Assembly: GCA_021777915.1 (NCBI GenBank)
Contig: JAJYCZ010000001.1
Location: 1 to 58,081 of the forward strand
DNA: 58,081 nt
Direction: 5' to 3'
Source of the DNA: Pseudomonadota bacterium
Lineage (GTDB): Bacteria; Pseudomonadota; Alphaproteobacteria; Rhizobiales; Beijerinckiaceae
Of the stretch, positions 42,596 to 53,911 are shown piece after piece (within the stretch, counting starts at the first letter, position 1; every line of letters begins with the position of its first letter). Under the pieces are notes generated by a model that was not told where the DNA came from, did no database searches, and saw only the letters and a list, made by a program, of their open reading frames with translations. The position numbers and the translations under genes were made by a program.

Positions 42596-43705
42596 CTAAA
42601 GCCCGGCGGTCTTGAGGGCCAGATCGGCCAGACGTTCGGCGGCGTCGGGAACGCCGGCGCTCTTGGCCGCTTGGGCGCGCCGCGTCAAGTCCCCTGGATC
42701 GTCGAGCGCGCGCGCGAGCCTCTCGGCCAGCCATTCCGGGGTGAAGCCGGTCTGGCGCATCACTTCCGCCGCGCCGGTCTTCTCCAGATGCCTGGCGTTG
42801 GCCGCCTGGTCGGCGTCCAGCGCATGGGGGAAAGGCACGAGAATCGACGGACGGCCGATGACCCCCAGTTCCGAAACCGTCGAGGCGCCGGAGCGCCCGA
42901 TCACGAGATGGGATTGCGCCATGCGCAGCGGCAGATCCGCGAAAAAGGCCGCCGCCTCGAAATTGACGTTGAGGCGCTGATAAGCCTCCGCCACGCGGGA
43001 AAAATCCTCGCCGCGCGCCTGCTGCACGATGACGAGGCGGGCCCGCTGCTCGGGCGCGAGACGTTCGATCGCCGCCGGGACCACGTCGGACATGATTCGC
43101 GCCCCCTGCGAGCCGCCGGTCACCAGCAGGCGCAGGCGACCGGCGTCGAAACCGGGATAGGACAGGCGGGCCGCTTCCAGCACCGCCGGGCGGACCGGAT
43201 TGCCGACATGGACGACTCTTTCGCGCAACGCGTCGGGCAGACCGTCAAGGGTTGGAAAGCCGCAGGCGATTCGTTCCGCGCGTTTGGCCAGAAAGCGGTT
43301 GGCGCGGCCCATCACCGCGTTCTGCTCGTGCAGGATCAGCGGAACCGCGCGCAGGGAGGCGGCCAGAGCCGGCGGCACGGTGGGATAGCCGCCGAAGGAC
43401 ACCACCACGCGAGGTTTTATCGCGCCGAGGAGCCGGTAGGCCTCGACAACGCCTTTGCCAAGGGTCAGCGCCGCCGCGATTTTGGCGGCGAGCCCGCCCG
43501 ACGTCGGCGTCGCGGAGGCGATTTCGTGGATTTCCTCGGCGGGAAAATCGCCGCCATAGCGCAGGGCGCGCTCGTCGGTGGCCAGCTGGACGCGAACCCC
43601 TCGCGCGAGAAATGCGTGGGCGAGCGCCTGGGCGGGAAAGAGATGGCCGCCGGTTCCCCCGGCGGCGACCAGAACGAGATTGTCCTTCGTTGCCGCGCGA
43701 TTCAT
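42596..43705 (-). CDS. murG: Undecaprenyl-PP-MurNAc-pentapeptide GlcNAc transferase
   Basis: GGTGGH, HEQN, GNPVR, GGSQGA, RSGAST. Confidence 0.97.
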   Translation of the reverse strand: MNRAATKDNLVLVAAGGTGGHLFPAQALAHAFLARGVRVQLATDERALRYGGDFPAEEIHEIASATPTSGGLAAKIAAALTLGKGVVEAYRLLGAIKPRVVVSFGGYPTVPPALAASLRAVPLILHEQNAVMGRANRFLAKRAERIACGFPTLDGLPDALRERVVHVGNPVRPAVLEAARLSYPGFDAGRLRLLVTGGSQGARIMSDVVPAAIERLAPEQRARLVIVQQARGEDFSRVAEAYQRLNVNFEAAAFFADLPLRMAQSHLVIGRSGASTVSELGVIGRPSILVPFPHALDADQAANARHLEKTGAAEVMRQTGFTPEWLAERLARALDDPGDLTRRAQAAKSAGVPDAAERLADLALKTAGL

Positions 43706-44871
43706 TCGGCCGCGACTCCCATCGGCGCGCCGGCGGGTCCAGGTCCGGCGCGGTCGAACAGGAGGGTGGATTTCGGCCGCCTGCGGGTGACCGCGAGCAG
43801 GAAGCCGACGGTGATCCCGAGCGAAATCAGCGACGAGCCGCCATAGGAAATGAACGGCAAGGTCATGCCCTTGGCCGGCATCAGATGGAGATTCACCGCC
43901 ATGTTGATCGAGGCCTGAACGCCAAACAGCAGCGCGAGGCCGGCCGTGGCGAAGCGGCAGAACGGATCGTCGTCGCGCGACGCCTTGAGCAGGGCGCGCA
44001 GCACGATGAAGGCGTAGATCCCGACGATGAACATGCAGAACAGAAGGCCGAATTCCTCGCCGGTGACGGCGAAGATGAAATCGGTGTGGGCGTCCGGGAG
44101 GATCTGCTTGAAGACGCCCTCGCCCGGCCCTTTGCCGAACCAGCCTCCCGAGATGAAGCTGTCGCGCGCCGTGTCCACCTGGAACGTGTCGGAGATGCCG
44201 CCCACCTGGCCGGGGTCGAGGAAGTGCATGATGCGCGCGCGAACATGCGGCACGAATCTATAGGCCAGAACCACCGAAACGGCGCCGCCGGCGCCGAGTC
44301 CGCCGAGCCAGAACCAGTGCAGGCCCGCCATGAAGAACAGCCCGCCCCAGACCAGCGACAGAAGCATGGTCTGGCCGAAATCGGGCTGAAGGATGAGCGG
44401 GACCACCGTCGCCGGAAAAAGCAGGATCGCGATCCAGTTGGCCGGAAAGTCGCGGCGTTTCGCGCCTTCGGAAATCGCCCAGGCCGCAAGGACGACAAAG
44501 GCCGGTTTCAAAAATTCCGACGGCTGGATGCCGAAAATCCAGCGCTTCGCGCCCTTGACCTCGTGGCCGAACATCAGGGCGGCGAAAATCAGCCCCATCG
44601 ACGCGATATAGATCCCCAGCGCCGTCCGCCGCACCAGACGCGGCGGCAGGAAGGACAGCGACAGCATGATGGCGACCGTCGGGACCAGGAATTCGGCCTG
44701 CCGGTTGACGAAATGGAACGGCGGCAGACGCAGGCGGTCGGCCACCGGCGGGCTGCCGCCCATGACCAGAACCAGCCCCAGCACGACCAGCGCGCCGACG
44801 CCGAGGAGCAGCCAGCGATCGACCGTCCACCACCAGTCGGCGATCGCCGAGCGTTCCGCGCGAGAAATCAT
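43702..44871 (-). CDS. ftsW: SEDS peptidoglycan glycosyltransferase FtsW
   Basis: KGAKRW, QPSEFLK, QPDFG, PDAHTDF, LPFISYGGSS. Confidence 0.95.
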   Translation of the reverse strand: MISRAERSAIADWWWTVDRWLLLGVGALVVLGLVLVMGGSPPVADRLRLPPFHFVNRQAEFLVPTVAIMLSLSFLPPRLVRRTALGIYIASMGLIFAALMFGHEVKGAKRWIFGIQPSEFLKPAFVVLAAWAISEGAKRRDFPANWIAILLFPATVVPLILQPDFGQTMLLSLVWGGLFFMAGLHWFWLGGLGAGGAVSVVLAYRFVPHVRARIMHFLDPGQVGGISDTFQVDTARDSFISGGWFGKGPGEGVFKQILPDAHTDFIFAVTGEEFGLLFCMFIVGIYAFIVLRALLKASRDDDPFCRFATAGLALLFGVQASINMAVNLHLMPAKGMTLPFISYGGSSLISLGITVGFLLAVTRRRPKSTLLFDRAGPGPAGAPMGVAAE

Positions 44872-44992
44872 GGCGAGTTTCCTCATTCTTGCGATCGCTT
44901 GCGCGATGGCGCCCCTCGCATCGGCTCGGCGTCGCGTTCGCTCCTGGCTGGCTTCGCCAGCGTGAGGGAATTCGCGACGCTTCGCCGCCTGT

Positions 44993-46414
44993 TCAAAACA
45001 ACGCGCCCTGCGCGGCGTCTTCCGCCAGCAGGCTGGCCACATAGCCTCGGAAGGCGTCGCCGCGCTTCTCGAAATTGGCGAACTGGTCGAAGGAGGCGCA
45101 GGCCGGCGACAGCAGCACGACCGGCTCTGCCGCCGCGCTCTCCTGCGCGTCGCGCGCCGCCGCGGCGACCGCGACGTCCAGCGTCCCGCATTGTTCGCAA
45201 GCGACCGCGCCTTCGAGCGCGGCGGCGAAATCCCGGGCCGCCTCGCCGATCAGGTAAGCCTTGCGGATTCTGCCGAACAACGGCCGCAGCGGCTCGATCC
45301 CGCCGGCCTTGGCCTTGCCGCCGAGGATCCAGAAAATGTCGTCGAAGCTCAGCAGGGCCTTTTCCGCCGCGTCGGCGTTGGTCGCCTTGCTGTCGTTGAC
45401 GAACAGGACCTTGCCCCGGCGCCCCACCTGCTCCATGCGATGGGCGAGGCCGGGGAAGCTGCGCATGCCGAGACCGATCTCGTCATGGGGAAGGCCGAGC
45501 CGCTCGACAGCCGCGAAGGCGGCGGCCGCGTTCTGCGCGTTATGGGCGCCGCGCAGGGCCGGCGCGCGCGACAGATCGAACAGATTTTCCTCAAGCGTCT
45601 TCAGCATCGGCAAGGCGAAGGTGCGGCGCAGATGGCCCATGTCGAGACTGACGGTCCCCAAGGCGTTGGGCCGGGTGTTGGACACGCCGACCACCGCATG
45701 GCCGGCGCCCTTGAGATATTGGAAGATCGCCTCGCACCAGTCGTCGTCGCGCCCGACGACGGCGAAATCGGACGATTCGACCAGCCGCCGCTTGATCGCG
45801 GCGTAATTCTCCATCGTCCCGTGGCGGTCGAGATGATCGGGGGTGAGATTGAGCAGCACGCCGACGCTGGGATTGAGCGAGGGCGCGAGATCGATCTGGA
45901 AGCTCGAACATTCGACGACATGAACGCGCTCGGGCGACGGCGGCTCGAGGTCGAGTATCGGCGTCCCGATATTGCCGCCGAGTTGCGCGTCGGCGCCCGC
46001 CTCGCGCAGGATATGGGCGATCAGCGCCGTGGTCGTGCTCTTGCCGTTGGTGCCGGTGATCGCGACCAAAGGCGCGCCGGGCGCGTGGAGCGCGCGCTCT
46101 CGGCAGAACAGCTCGATGTCGCCGATCACGGGGACGCCCGCGGCAAGGGCCTTGGCCGCGCTCCAATGCGGCGCGGGATGGGTGAGCGGCGCGCCCGGCG
46201 CGAGGATGAGCGCCTGGAAAGAGGACCAGTCGGCCTGATGCAGATCGTCGAGGCGGATTCCTTCCGCCGCGGCCTTTTCGAGCGCGGCGGGCGAATCGTC
46301 CCAGGCGCTCACCTGGGCGCCGCCGGCGGCAAGGGCCTTTGCCGTGGAGAGGCCGGAGCCGCCGAGGCCGAAAAGAGCGACAGACTGTCCGGCGAAAGAG
46401 GTGATCGGGATCAT
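44993..46414 (-). CDS. murD: UDP-N-acetylmuramoyl-L-alanine--D-glutamate ligase
   Basis: [38 protein letters not shown]; ATG at 46414. Confidence 0.96.
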   Translation of the reverse strand: MIPITSFAGQSVALFGLGGSGLSTAKALAAGGAQVSAWDDSPAALEKAAAEGIRLDDLHQADWSSFQALILAPGAPLTHPAPHWSAAKALAAGVPVIGDIELFCRERALHAPGAPLVAITGTNGKSTTTALIAHILREAGADAQLGGNIGTPILDLEPPSPERVHVVECSSFQIDLAPSLNPSVGVLLNLTPDHLDRHGTMENYAAIKRRLVESSDFAVVGRDDDWCEAIFQYLKGAGHAVVGVSNTRPNALGTVSLDMGHLRRTFALPMLKTLEENLFDLSRAPALRGAHNAQNAAAAFAAVERLGLPHDEIGLGMRSFPGLAHRMEQVGRRGKVLFVNDSKATNADAAEKALLSFDDIFWILGGKAKAGGIEPLRPLFGRIRKAYLIGEAARDFAAALEGAVACEQCGTLDVAVAAAARDAQESAAAEPVVLLSPACASFDQFANFEKRGDAFRGYVASLLAEDAAQGALF

Positions 46415-47556
46415 CAGCGCACCTTCAGCGTGGTGAGGCCGATAAGGGCCAGGACGAAGGCGATGATCCAGAACCGCACCACGACCTGGGGCTCGGCCCA
46501 GCCCAGTTGCTCGAAATGATGATGGATCGGCGCCATCTTGAACACGCGCTTGCCGGTCATCTTGAACGACGCCACCTGGACGATGACCGAGAGCGCCTCC
46601 ATCACGAACAGGCCGCCGACAATCGCCAGCACGATCTCGTGCTTGATCGCCACCGCTATGGCGCCGAGCATGCCGCCCAGCGCCAGCGAGCCGGTGTCGC
46701 CCATGAAGATCTGGGCCGGCGGCGCGTTGAACCACAGGAAGCCGAGACCGGCGCCGATCATCGCGCCGGTCATCACCGTCAGTTCGCCGGCCGCGGGCAC
46801 GTAATTGATCCCGAGGTAATGGGCGAAAATGTCGTTGCCGGCGAGATAGGCGATGATGCCGAAGGTCGCCGAGGCGATCATCACCGGCACGATGGCGAGG
46901 CCGTCGAGCCCGTCGGTGAGATTGACGGCGTTGCCGGCGCCGACGATGACGAAGCCCGCGAAGGGCAGGAAGAACCAGGAGAGATCGACGATCCAGCCGT
47001 GGAAGAAGGGCGCCGCCAGCTTGGTCGCCGGCGCGGCCGCGGTGAACGGGGCGGCCAGGGCGGCGAAGAAATCGCCGATGCTGGCCACCGGCCCCGTGGC
47101 CGAGGCGCACATCATGAAATAAGCCGCGAGCATGGCGATCCCCGCCTCCACGCCAAGGCGGGCGCGGCCGGAAAAGCCCCTGTGGCTCTGCTTGGAGACC
47201 TTGAGATAATCGTCGTAGAATCCGATCGCGCCGAAGCCCAGGGTCACGAAAAGCACGATCCAGACATAGGCGCTGCGGGGATTGGCCCACAGCACGGTCG
47301 AGACCGTCAGTCCGGCGGTGATCATCAGCCCGCCCATGGTCGGCGTGCCCCTCTTGGCGAGGTGGGACTGCGGGCCGTCGGTCCGGATCGGCTGGCCCTT
47401 GCCCTGCTTGATCCGCAGCGAGGCGATGACCGACGGGCCGAAAAAGAACACGAAGAACAGCGCGGTCGCGGTGGCGCCGGCGGCCCGGAAGGTGATGTAG
47501 CGGAAAACGTTCAGCGGGCTGAAATGATGGGACAGCGCCGCGAGCCAGATCAGCAT
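46414..47556 (-). CDS. mraY: Phospho-N-acetylmuramoyl-pentapeptide transferase
   Basis: [31 protein letters not shown]. Confidence 0.97.
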   Translation of the reverse strand: MLIWLAALSHHFSPLNVFRYITFRAAGATATALFFVFFFGPSVIASLRIKQGKGQPIRTDGPQSHLAKRGTPTMGGLMITAGLTVSTVLWANPRSAYVWIVLFVTLGFGAIGFYDDYLKVSKQSHRGFSGRARLGVEAGIAMLAAYFMMCASATGPVASIGDFFAALAAPFTAAAPATKLAAPFFHGWIVDLSWFFLPFAGFVIVGAGNAVNLTDGLDGLAIVPVMIASATFGIIAYLAGNDIFAHYLGINYVPAAGELTVMTGAMIGAGLGFLWFNAPPAQIFMGDTGSLALGGMLGAIAVAIKHEIVLAIVGGLFVMEALSVIVQVASFKMTGKRVFKMAPIHHHFEQLGWAEPQVVVRFWIIAFVLALIGLTTLKVR

Positions 47557-49004
47557 CGGGATTCCTCGACTTGTTGCTGTTCGGGCGCCGCGAAGCGGCT
47601 TTTCAGCCCGGCGGCGAGCACATGAAGTTTCGAGCCGTTGGAGCCCTTCACCATGACCACGTCGCCCGCGCCCAGGGTTTCGGCGACCATCGGCTCCAGC
47701 GCGGCGGCCGATTCGGCCCAGCCGCCGCGCTTTTGCGGTGGCAGCGCGTCGAAAAGATGGCGCGTCAGCGGCCCGGCGGCGAAAACCAGATCGACATTGT
47801 TGCGCTCCAGGTCGTCCTTGAGCGCGACATGCAGTTCGGGCGCGGCCGGCCCCAGCTCCAGCATGTCGCCGAGAACCGCGACGCGCAGGCCTTTGCTCGA
47901 GGGCCTGGCCGCGCCCAGCAGGTCGATCGCCGCGCGCATCGAGGCGGGATTGGCGTTGTAGCTCTCGTCGATCAGCAGAAAGGCGCTGGCGGCGTCGTCG
48001 CGGTCGCGCCGCAGGACTTCGCGCGCGCCCCGTCCCTGCGCCGGCGCGACGTCGGCGAGCGAGGCGGCTATCGCCGGGAAATCGACGCCCGCCGCGCGAG
48101 CGGCGAGCAGGACGGCGAGCGCGTTGACCGCCATGTGGCGTCCCGGCGCGCCGAGCCGGAATTGCAGGTCCTGGCCGAGCAGCCGCGCGGAAACCCGCGA
48201 AAAAGCCTCCTCGGGATCGAACCGGGTCAGATGCGCGTCGGCGGCGGGATTCTCGCCGAAACTCAGGACATAGCGGGCGGGCGAGGCTTCCGCCGCCGCC
48301 TTGAGGATAGGGAAGGTCTCGACGTCGCCGTTGATGACCGCGACGCCGCCTGTGACGATTCCGGAAAAAATCTCGGCCTTGGCGCGGGCGATCTCCTCGA
48401 CGCCGGCGAAATGTTCGAGATGGACCGGCGCGACATGGGTGACGATGGCGACATGCGGGCGAACCATATCGACCAGGGCCGCGATCTCGCCAGGGTGATT
48501 CATGCCGATCTCGAACACGGCGTAACGCGCGCTTTCCGGCAGGCGGGCGAGCGTGAGCGGCACGCCCCAGTGATTGTTGTAGGACTTGTCCGAGGCGTGG
48601 GTCGCGCCGGCGTCGGACAGGACCTTTCGCAGCATTTCCTTGGTCGTGGTCTTGCCGACCGACCCGGTCACCGCGATGATCCGCGCCTTGCTGCGCTTGC
48701 GCGCCGCGCGGCCAAGGCCTTCCATCGCCTTGAGCGCGTCATGGACGACATAGAGCGTGCCGAGATGTTTCAGGGCGTCGGCATGGGCCTCGTCCACCAC
48801 CGCGGCCGGCGCGCCGCGCTCGAATGCGGCGCCGACATAATCGTGGCCGTCGGCGCTGTCGCCCTGGATCGCGAAGAAAAGGTCGCCCGGCTGAAGGGTG
48901 CGGGTGTCGATCGAAATTCCGGTCACGCCCTGCGGCGGCAGGCCGAGCACCCGCGCCCGCAGGGGCGCGACGAGACCGAGGCCGCTCCACAGAATTTCGC
49001 TCAT
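47550..49004 (-). CDS. murF: UDP-MurNAc-tripeptide--D-Ala-D-Ala ligase
   Basis: [38 protein letters not shown]; ATG at 49004. Confidence 0.96.
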   Translation of the reverse strand: MSEILWSGLGLVAPLRARVLGLPPQGVTGISIDTRTLQPGDLFFAIQGDSADGHDYVGAAFERGAPAAVVDEAHADALKHLGTLYVVHDALKAMEGLGRAARKRSKARIIAVTGSVGKTTTKEMLRKVLSDAGATHASDKSYNNHWGVPLTLARLPESARYAVFEIGMNHPGEIAALVDMVRPHVAIVTHVAPVHLEHFAGVEEIARAKAEIFSGIVTGGVAVINGDVETFPILKAAAEASPARYVLSFGENPAADAHLTRFDPEEAFSRVSARLLGQDLQFRLGAPGRHMAVNALAVLLAARAAGVDFPAIAASLADVAPAQGRGAREVLRRDRDDAASAFLLIDESYNANPASMRAAIDLLGAARPSSKGLRVAVLGDMLELGPAAPELHVALKDDLERNNVDLVFAAGPLTRHLFDALPPQKRGGWAESAAALEPMVAETLGAGDVVMVKGSNGSKLHVLAAGLKSRFAAPEQQQVEESRC

Positions 49005-50446
49005 GCGGAAAACTCCTTCAGAGCGGCGCGCGCCTCGTCCTGGTCGGAAAAGGGCAGCACCTTCCCGCCGACGATCTGCCCGGTTTCGTGGCCCTTGCCG
49101 GCGATGAGCAGGAGGTCGCCCTCGCCGAGCAGCGCGATTCCGGCGCGTATCGCCTCGGCGCGGTCGCCGATCTCCCGGGCGCCCGGCGCGGCGGCGAGAA
49201 TCTGCGCCCGGATCGTTGCGGGATCCTCGCCGCGCGGATTGTCGTCGGTGACGATGACGACGTCGGCGCCGCGCGTCGCGATCCCGCCCATGATCGGGCG
49301 CTTGCCCGCGTCGCGGTCGCCGCCGCAGCCGAAGACGACGACAAGGCGCCGCCTGGCGAAGGGGCGCAAGGCGGCGAGCGCCTTTTCCAGCGCGTCGGGC
49401 TTGTGGGCGTAATCGACGAAGACCGGCGCGCCGTCGCGGTCGCCGACGCGCTCCAGACGCCCCGGCGCGCCGCGCAGAATTTCCAGCGCGGCGAAGACTT
49501 TTTCCGCCGGCGCCCCGGCGGCGAGCGCGAGGCCGGCCGCGACCAGCGCGTTTTCCGCCTGGAACAGGCCGGCGAGCGGCAATCTCACCGCGATGTCGCG
49601 CCCCGCGAAAACCAGATCGAGCCGCAACGCGAAATTTTCCGCGGCCGCCTGTTTCAGGTGCAGGGTCTCGCCCCTCGCGCCGACCGTGAACAGCTTTAAG
49701 CCGCGCGCCCGGCATGCGTCGATCACGCGGCCGGAAAAATCGCCGTCGGCGGCGATGACCGCCGTCTGGCCGGGTTTGAGCAAATCCGTGAACAGCCGCA
49801 GCTTGGCGGCAAGATATTCGTCGAGATCGGCGTGATAATCGAGATGGTCGCGCGACAGATTGGTGAAGCCGGCCGCCGTCAGGCGCACGCCGTCGAGCCG
49901 GCGCTGGTCGAGGCCATGCGACGAGGCTTCCATCGCCAGATGGGTCACGCCCTCGCCCGCCAAAGCGTCGAGGGTCTGGTGCAGGGTCACCGGGTCGGGC
50001 GTGGTCAGCGCGCCGTAAACCGCGCCACCGGGCTTGACCACGCCGATCGTGCCAAGCGAGGCCGCGGCAAAACCGCAGAAGGCGAAAATCTGGCGGGTGA
50101 AATCGGCGACCGAGGTTTTTCCGGACGTGCCGGTGACCGCGACGATTTTTTCGGGCTGGCGGGGAAAGAGCGCCGCCGCCGCCAGGGACAGGCTTTTTCG
50201 CGCGTCGGCGACCTGAATATAGGCCGCCCCGGCCAGCGCTGGCGGCGGGGCTTGTTCGCCGACCGCCGCCACGGCCCCGGCGGCCAGGGCCTGGGCGGCG
50301 AACCGCATGCCGTCGGTCCTGGCGCCCGCCAAGGCGAAAAACAGCGCGCCGGGCGTGACGGCGCGGCTGTCCGCCGTCACGCCGGCCACGTCGAGGCCGC
50401 GCCATTTTTCGGGGGCGTCGGGCAGAATGTCGGCAAGGCGCATCAA
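49001..50446 (-). CDS. murE: UDP-MurNAc-dipeptide--meso-DAP ligase
   Basis: TGTSGKTS, EASSHG, DHLDYH, DYAHKPD, DNPR (mDAP-type). Confidence 0.96.
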   Translation of the reverse strand: MMRLADILPDAPEKWRGLDVAGVTADSRAVTPGALFFALAGARTDGMRFAAQALAAGAVAAVGEQAPPPALAGAAYIQVADARKSLSLAAAALFPRQPEKIVAVTGTSGKTSVADFTRQIFAFCGFAAASLGTIGVVKPGGAVYGALTTPDPVTLHQTLDALAGEGVTHLAMEASSHGLDQRRLDGVRLTAAGFTNLSRDHLDYHADLDEYLAAKLRLFTDLLKPGQTAVIAADGDFSGRVIDACRARGLKLFTVGARGETLHLKQAAAENFALRLDLVFAGRDIAVRLPLAGLFQAENALVAAGLALAAGAPAEKVFAALEILRGAPGRLERVGDRDGAPVFVDYAHKPDALEKALAALRPFARRRLVVVFGCGGDRDAGKRPIMGGIATRGADVVIVTDDNPRGEDPATIRAQILAAAPGAREIGDRAEAIRAGIALLGEGDLLLIAGKGHETGQIVGGKVLPFSDQDEARAALKEFSA

Positions 50447-52341
50447 TGGTCTCCCGGCCCCGTGATCGGCGGGGCGTTGGCGAAGCCATAACCCATGCGC
50501 GCCAGCAGGGGGAAGGGTTCGGTCGGCAGGTCGAGGCGCGGCGCGAGGCCGAGCAGAGGCGTGACGCGCTCGATCAGCCTGCCGGTGACATAGCCGGAAT
50601 TATAGGCGGCGGTGTCCCAGAAACCGTCCTCTTTCAGGCCCTTCGGCTCGTCCATTACCGTCATGAACAGATAGCGCGGCTTGTCGGCCGGCAGGATCGC
50701 CATGAAAGTGGTGAACACCTTATGCTTGGAATAATGGCCGGCGACCACCTTTTCCGCCGTGCCGGTCTTTCCACCCACGAAATAGCCCGGGATATTGGCC
50801 TTTTTCGCGGTGCCGACGATGGCGTTGAGGCGCAGGATATAGCGCAGGGACTCGCTGGTGGACGGCTTGACGACCTGGGGGGCGCTCGTCTTGTCGAAAC
50901 CGTCGGGCCGCTTGAGGAAGGTCGGCGTGATCAGATAGCCGCCATTCACCAAAGCGGCGACCGCCATCATCGCCTGGAGCGGCGCCACCGCCAGACCGTG
51001 GCCGAAGGCGATGGTCATGGTCGAGATCTCGCTCCAGCGGCGCGGCAGGATGGGCGCGGAATTTTCCGGCAGTTCGGTGCGCATGCGGGTGAGTTCGCCC
51101 ATCTTGCGCAAAAAGGCCTGGTGGTTCTCGACGCCGACCGCCAGGGCAAGTTTGGCCGAGCCGATATTGGAGGAGTAAGTGAAGATTTCCGGCAGCGACA
51201 GCGGACGATGCTGCGGCTCGAAATCATGGATGTAATTGTGGCCGGCGCGCAGGGGATTGCTGACGTCGACCCGTGTGTTGAGCGTCGCCTTGCCCGATTC
51301 AAGCGCCATGGCGAGAGTCAGCGCCTTGAAGGTCGAACCCATTTCGTGGACGCCGACCGTGAGCTGGTTGATCGCGTCGGGCTTGAGCGCGTCCACCGGA
51401 TTGGCGGGGTCGTAATCGGGCAGGGATTCCGCCGCGACCACTTCGCCGGTGTTGACATCGATGATCGCGGCCGCGGCGGCTCGGGCCGAGAATCGCTGCA
51501 TCGCCTGGACGAGCTCGTCGCGCACGGCGTGGGTGGCGCGCATGTCGAGCGACAGGGCGACAGGCGCGAGGCTTTCCTGCGTCAGCTTGAAGCCAGCGTC
51601 GTGCAGGTCGGACAGGCCCTGGCCGTCGAGATATTTCTCTATGCCCGCTATGCCCTGATTGTCTGGATTGGTGAAGCCCAGGACATGCGCGGCGAGCGGG
51701 CCGTTGGGATAGACGCGCTTGTTCTCCGGCAGGAAGCCGACGCCCGGCAGGCCGAGACGGAAGATCGCCTGCTGCTGGGAAGGCGAAATGTCGCGCTTGA
51801 TCCAGACGAAGCCTTTTTTGGCGCCGAGCCGCGCGCGCAGATCATGGGCGTTGAGGTCCGGCAGGATGGCGGTGATTTCCTCGGTCGCCTCGTCCTTGTC
51901 AATGATCTCGCGCGGATCGGCGAAGACCGACATCACCTTGACGTCCATCGCCAAGAGCTGGCCGTTGCGGTCGACGATTTCCGGCCGCGCGGCGGAGACC
52001 GCCTGCGAGGCCTCGCGGCGCAGGGAGTCCGGGTTCGGCTTGGTCCCGAGATAAGCGAGGCGGCCGATGAACAGCAGGAAAAGCCCGCCGAAGAGCAACG
52101 CCGCCAGCCGGATGCGGAAGCCGCTCTTCGACAGATGCGTCCCGAAGATCGCGAAGACCGCCCGTTTCAGGCTGAAGCGGCGGCGCGCCGGCCTGGCGGG
52201 CCGCGGGGATTCGGGCGCGAAAGCCGGAGGCGCGTCGAACCGCGCCGTTTGCGCTGGGGCGCCGACACCCGGCTCGCCAAGGCCCATTTCGCCATGAGCC
52301 GGCTCGAATTCGGTTTCGATCCGCGCGGTCGCCCCCAGCAT
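50443..52341 (-). CDS. ftsI: Divisome transpeptidase PBP3
   Basis: STFK, SSN, KTG motifs; RVYP dimerisation domain. Confidence 0.93.
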   Translation of the reverse strand: MLGATARIETEFEPAHGEMGLGEPGVGAPAQTARFDAPPAFAPESPRPARPARRRFSLKRAVFAIFGTHLSKSGFRIRLAALLFGGLFLLFIGRLAYLGTKPNPDSLRREASQAVSAARPEIVDRNGQLLAMDVKVMSVFADPREIIDKDEATEEITAILPDLNAHDLRARLGAKKGFVWIKRDISPSQQQAIFRLGLPGVGFLPENKRVYPNGPLAAHVLGFTNPDNQGIAGIEKYLDGQGLSDLHDAGFKLTQESLAPVALSLDMRATHAVRDELVQAMQRFSARAAAAAIIDVNTGEVVAAESLPDYDPANPVDALKPDAINQLTVGVHEMGSTFKALTLAMALESGKATLNTRVDVSNPLRAGHNYIHDFEPQHRPLSLPEIFTYSSNIGSAKLALAVGVENHQAFLRKMGELTRMRTELPENSAPILPRRWSEISTMTIAFGHGLAVAPLQAMMAVAALVNGGYLITPTFLKRPDGFDKTSAPQVVKPSTSESLRYILRLNAIVGTAKKANIPGYFVGGKTGTAEKVVAGHYSKHKVFTTFMAILPADKPRYLFMTVMDEPKGLKEDGFWDTAAYNSGYVTGRLIERVTPLLGLAPRLDLPTEPFPLLARMGYGFANAPPITGPGDH

Positions 52342-52344
52342 GGC

Positions 52345-52767
52345 CTATCTCCCCGTCCGCGGCGACGCCGATGCGCCCGGAGTGGCCGGGCCTTTGGCCA
52401 CGCCTTTCGCCGCGCCCGGGGTCACGGGACCTTTGGCCGCCGCGCCAAGACCGAGGTCTTTCAGCGCATTGCCGATGGCGTCGGTCGCCGGAGCCTTGTC
52501 CGGCAGGCCGGCAAGAGAAGCAATCTGCGACAATTGCATCACCTGCCCGCCGAGATATTGATCGGCGAGGGCCTCGATCCGCACCGGCGCGGCGACATGG
52601 GCCCATTCCGCCCGCGCCATGGCGAGGCCGTCGGTCTCGGCCTGCACCTGGTGCTTCAGCCTGGTCAGTTTCTCGACCTGGTAGAGCGTCGAATATTTGA
52701 TCGAATAGGCATAGACCGCCGAGCCGATCAGGACGAAGACCGCGATGACATTCATCAGGCGCAGCAT
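52345..52767 (-). CDS. ftsL: Cell division protein FtsL-like
   Basis: TM segment, YSIKY, coiled coil, RAEW...P.RI..LA; lies between rsmH and ftsI. Confidence 0.85.
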   Translation of the reverse strand: MLRLMNVIAVFVLIGSAVYAYSIKYSTLYQVEKLTRLKHQVQAETDGLAMARAEWAHVAAPVRIEALADQYLGGQVMQLSQIASLAGLPDKAPATDAIGNALKDLGLGAAAKGPVTPGAAKGVAKGPATPGASASPRTGR

Positions 52768-52768
52768 G

Positions 52769-53728
52769 TCAGCGCTCCTCCGGTTCGCGCGCCGGCGCAT
52801 CGTTTCGCTCCGCCCAGCGCAATTTGGCCGAGCGGGCGCGCGGGTTGCGGGCGCATTCCGCGGCGCCCGGCGCGACCGGCTGGGGCGCGAGCAGCCGGAA
52901 AGTCGGCGGCGGCGGCGCGATTTCGCCCGGCAGCAGGCGCGAAGGGGCGCGTCCGCGTCCGGCGCGGGCGGCGAAGAATTGTTTGACGATGCGGTCTTCC
53001 AGCGAATGGAACGTCACGACCGCGAGCCGGCCGCCCGCGCGAAGCAGGCGTTCCGCCGCTTGCAGCGCCCGCGCGAGTTCGTCCAGCTCCTCGTTGACCG
53101 CGATGCGCAGGGCCTGGAAAGTCCGGGTCGCCGGATGGATGTCGATGGGGCGGCCGGGATTGGCGCGGGCGACGATCCGCGCCAACTCGGCGGTGGTCAG
53201 GATCGGCGCTTTCGCGCGCTCGGCCACGATGGCGCGGGCGATGCGGCGCGAGGCGCGCTCCTCGCCGAATTGGTAAATCAGGTCGGCGAGCGCCCCCTCC
53301 TCCAGTTCGTTGACGAGATCGGCGGCGCTCACGCCGGCCTTTTCCATGCGCATGTCGAGCGGCCCGTCGAAGCGAAAGGAAAAGCCGCGCTCCGGCTCGT
53401 CGAGCTGCATCGACGACACGCCGATGTCGAGGACGATCCCGTCGAAAGGTCCGAGCCCTTTTTCGCGCGCCGCGTTTTCCATCAGCGAGAAGCGGCTTTG
53501 GGCCAGCGTCAGCCGGCCGCCGCTTGCCTCGACCAGGGCCGCGCCGTCGCGGATCGCGCCGGGGTCGCGGTCGAGCGCGAGGACTCGGCCGCCCGCCGCG
53601 AGAATCAGCCGCGTATAGCCGCCGGCGCCGAAAGTGCCGTCGAGATAGAGGCCGCCGGGCGCGACCGCCAGAGCCGCGATGGCTTCCGCCGCCAGCACCG
53701 GAATATGGGGCGCCTGCGCGTCACTCAC
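52769..53728 (-). CDS. rsmH: 16S rRNA m4C1402 methyltransferase
   Basis: [46 protein letters not shown]; start uncertain (GTG 53728 or ATG 53836). Confidence 0.95.
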   Translation of the reverse strand: MSDAQAPHIPVLAAEAIAALAVAPGGLYLDGTFGAGGYTRLILAAGGRVLALDRDPGAIRDGAALVEASGGRLTLAQSRFSLMENAAREKGLGPFDGIVLDIGVSSMQLDEPERGFSFRFDGPLDMRMEKAGVSAADLVNELEEGALADLIYQFGEERASRRIARAIVAERAKAPILTTAELARIVARANPGRPIDIHPATRTFQALRIAVNEELDELARALQAAERLLRAGGRLAVVTFHSLEDRIVKQFFAARAGRGRAPSRLLPGEIAPPPPTFRLLAPQPVAPGAAECARNPRARSAKLRWAERNDAPAREPEER

Positions 53729-53870
53729 GCGCGGCCTCGCGTCGGCGCGGGCGAATCGGCCACGGGCGCGGCGCGCGGCGTAAGAGCGCGGCGGCGCCGG
53801 ACTGACGGCCTTTGGCGTTCGATGAGCATGCGGCATGGCGGCGGGCTTGGAGAAAATGCATTTGGCCCGA

Positions 53871-53902
53871 TTAAAACACCGTTAGCGTTAAGAACCCATT
53901 TA
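53871..53902. promoter_or_regulatory. Two CtrA-box-like sites upstream of the dcw cluster
   Basis: TTAA-AACACCG-TTAG (53871-53885) and TTAA-GAACCCA-TTTA (53888-53902) versus the TTAA-N7-TTAA consensus. Confidence 0.55.
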
Positions 53903-53911
53903 CGCCGCATT

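Noticed and set aside
41204-43846. 880-aa plus-strand ORF (likewise 28223-30400, 47571-49412 and 50446-52986)
   Set aside because: Antisense shadows of murC/murG, ligA, murF/murE and ftsI.
44993-50489. Apparent N-terminally extended MurD (765 aa) and MurF (979 aa) fusions
   Set aside because: The extensions are alternative frames overlapping mraY and murE; real starts are at 46414 and 49004 with standard stop/start overlaps.
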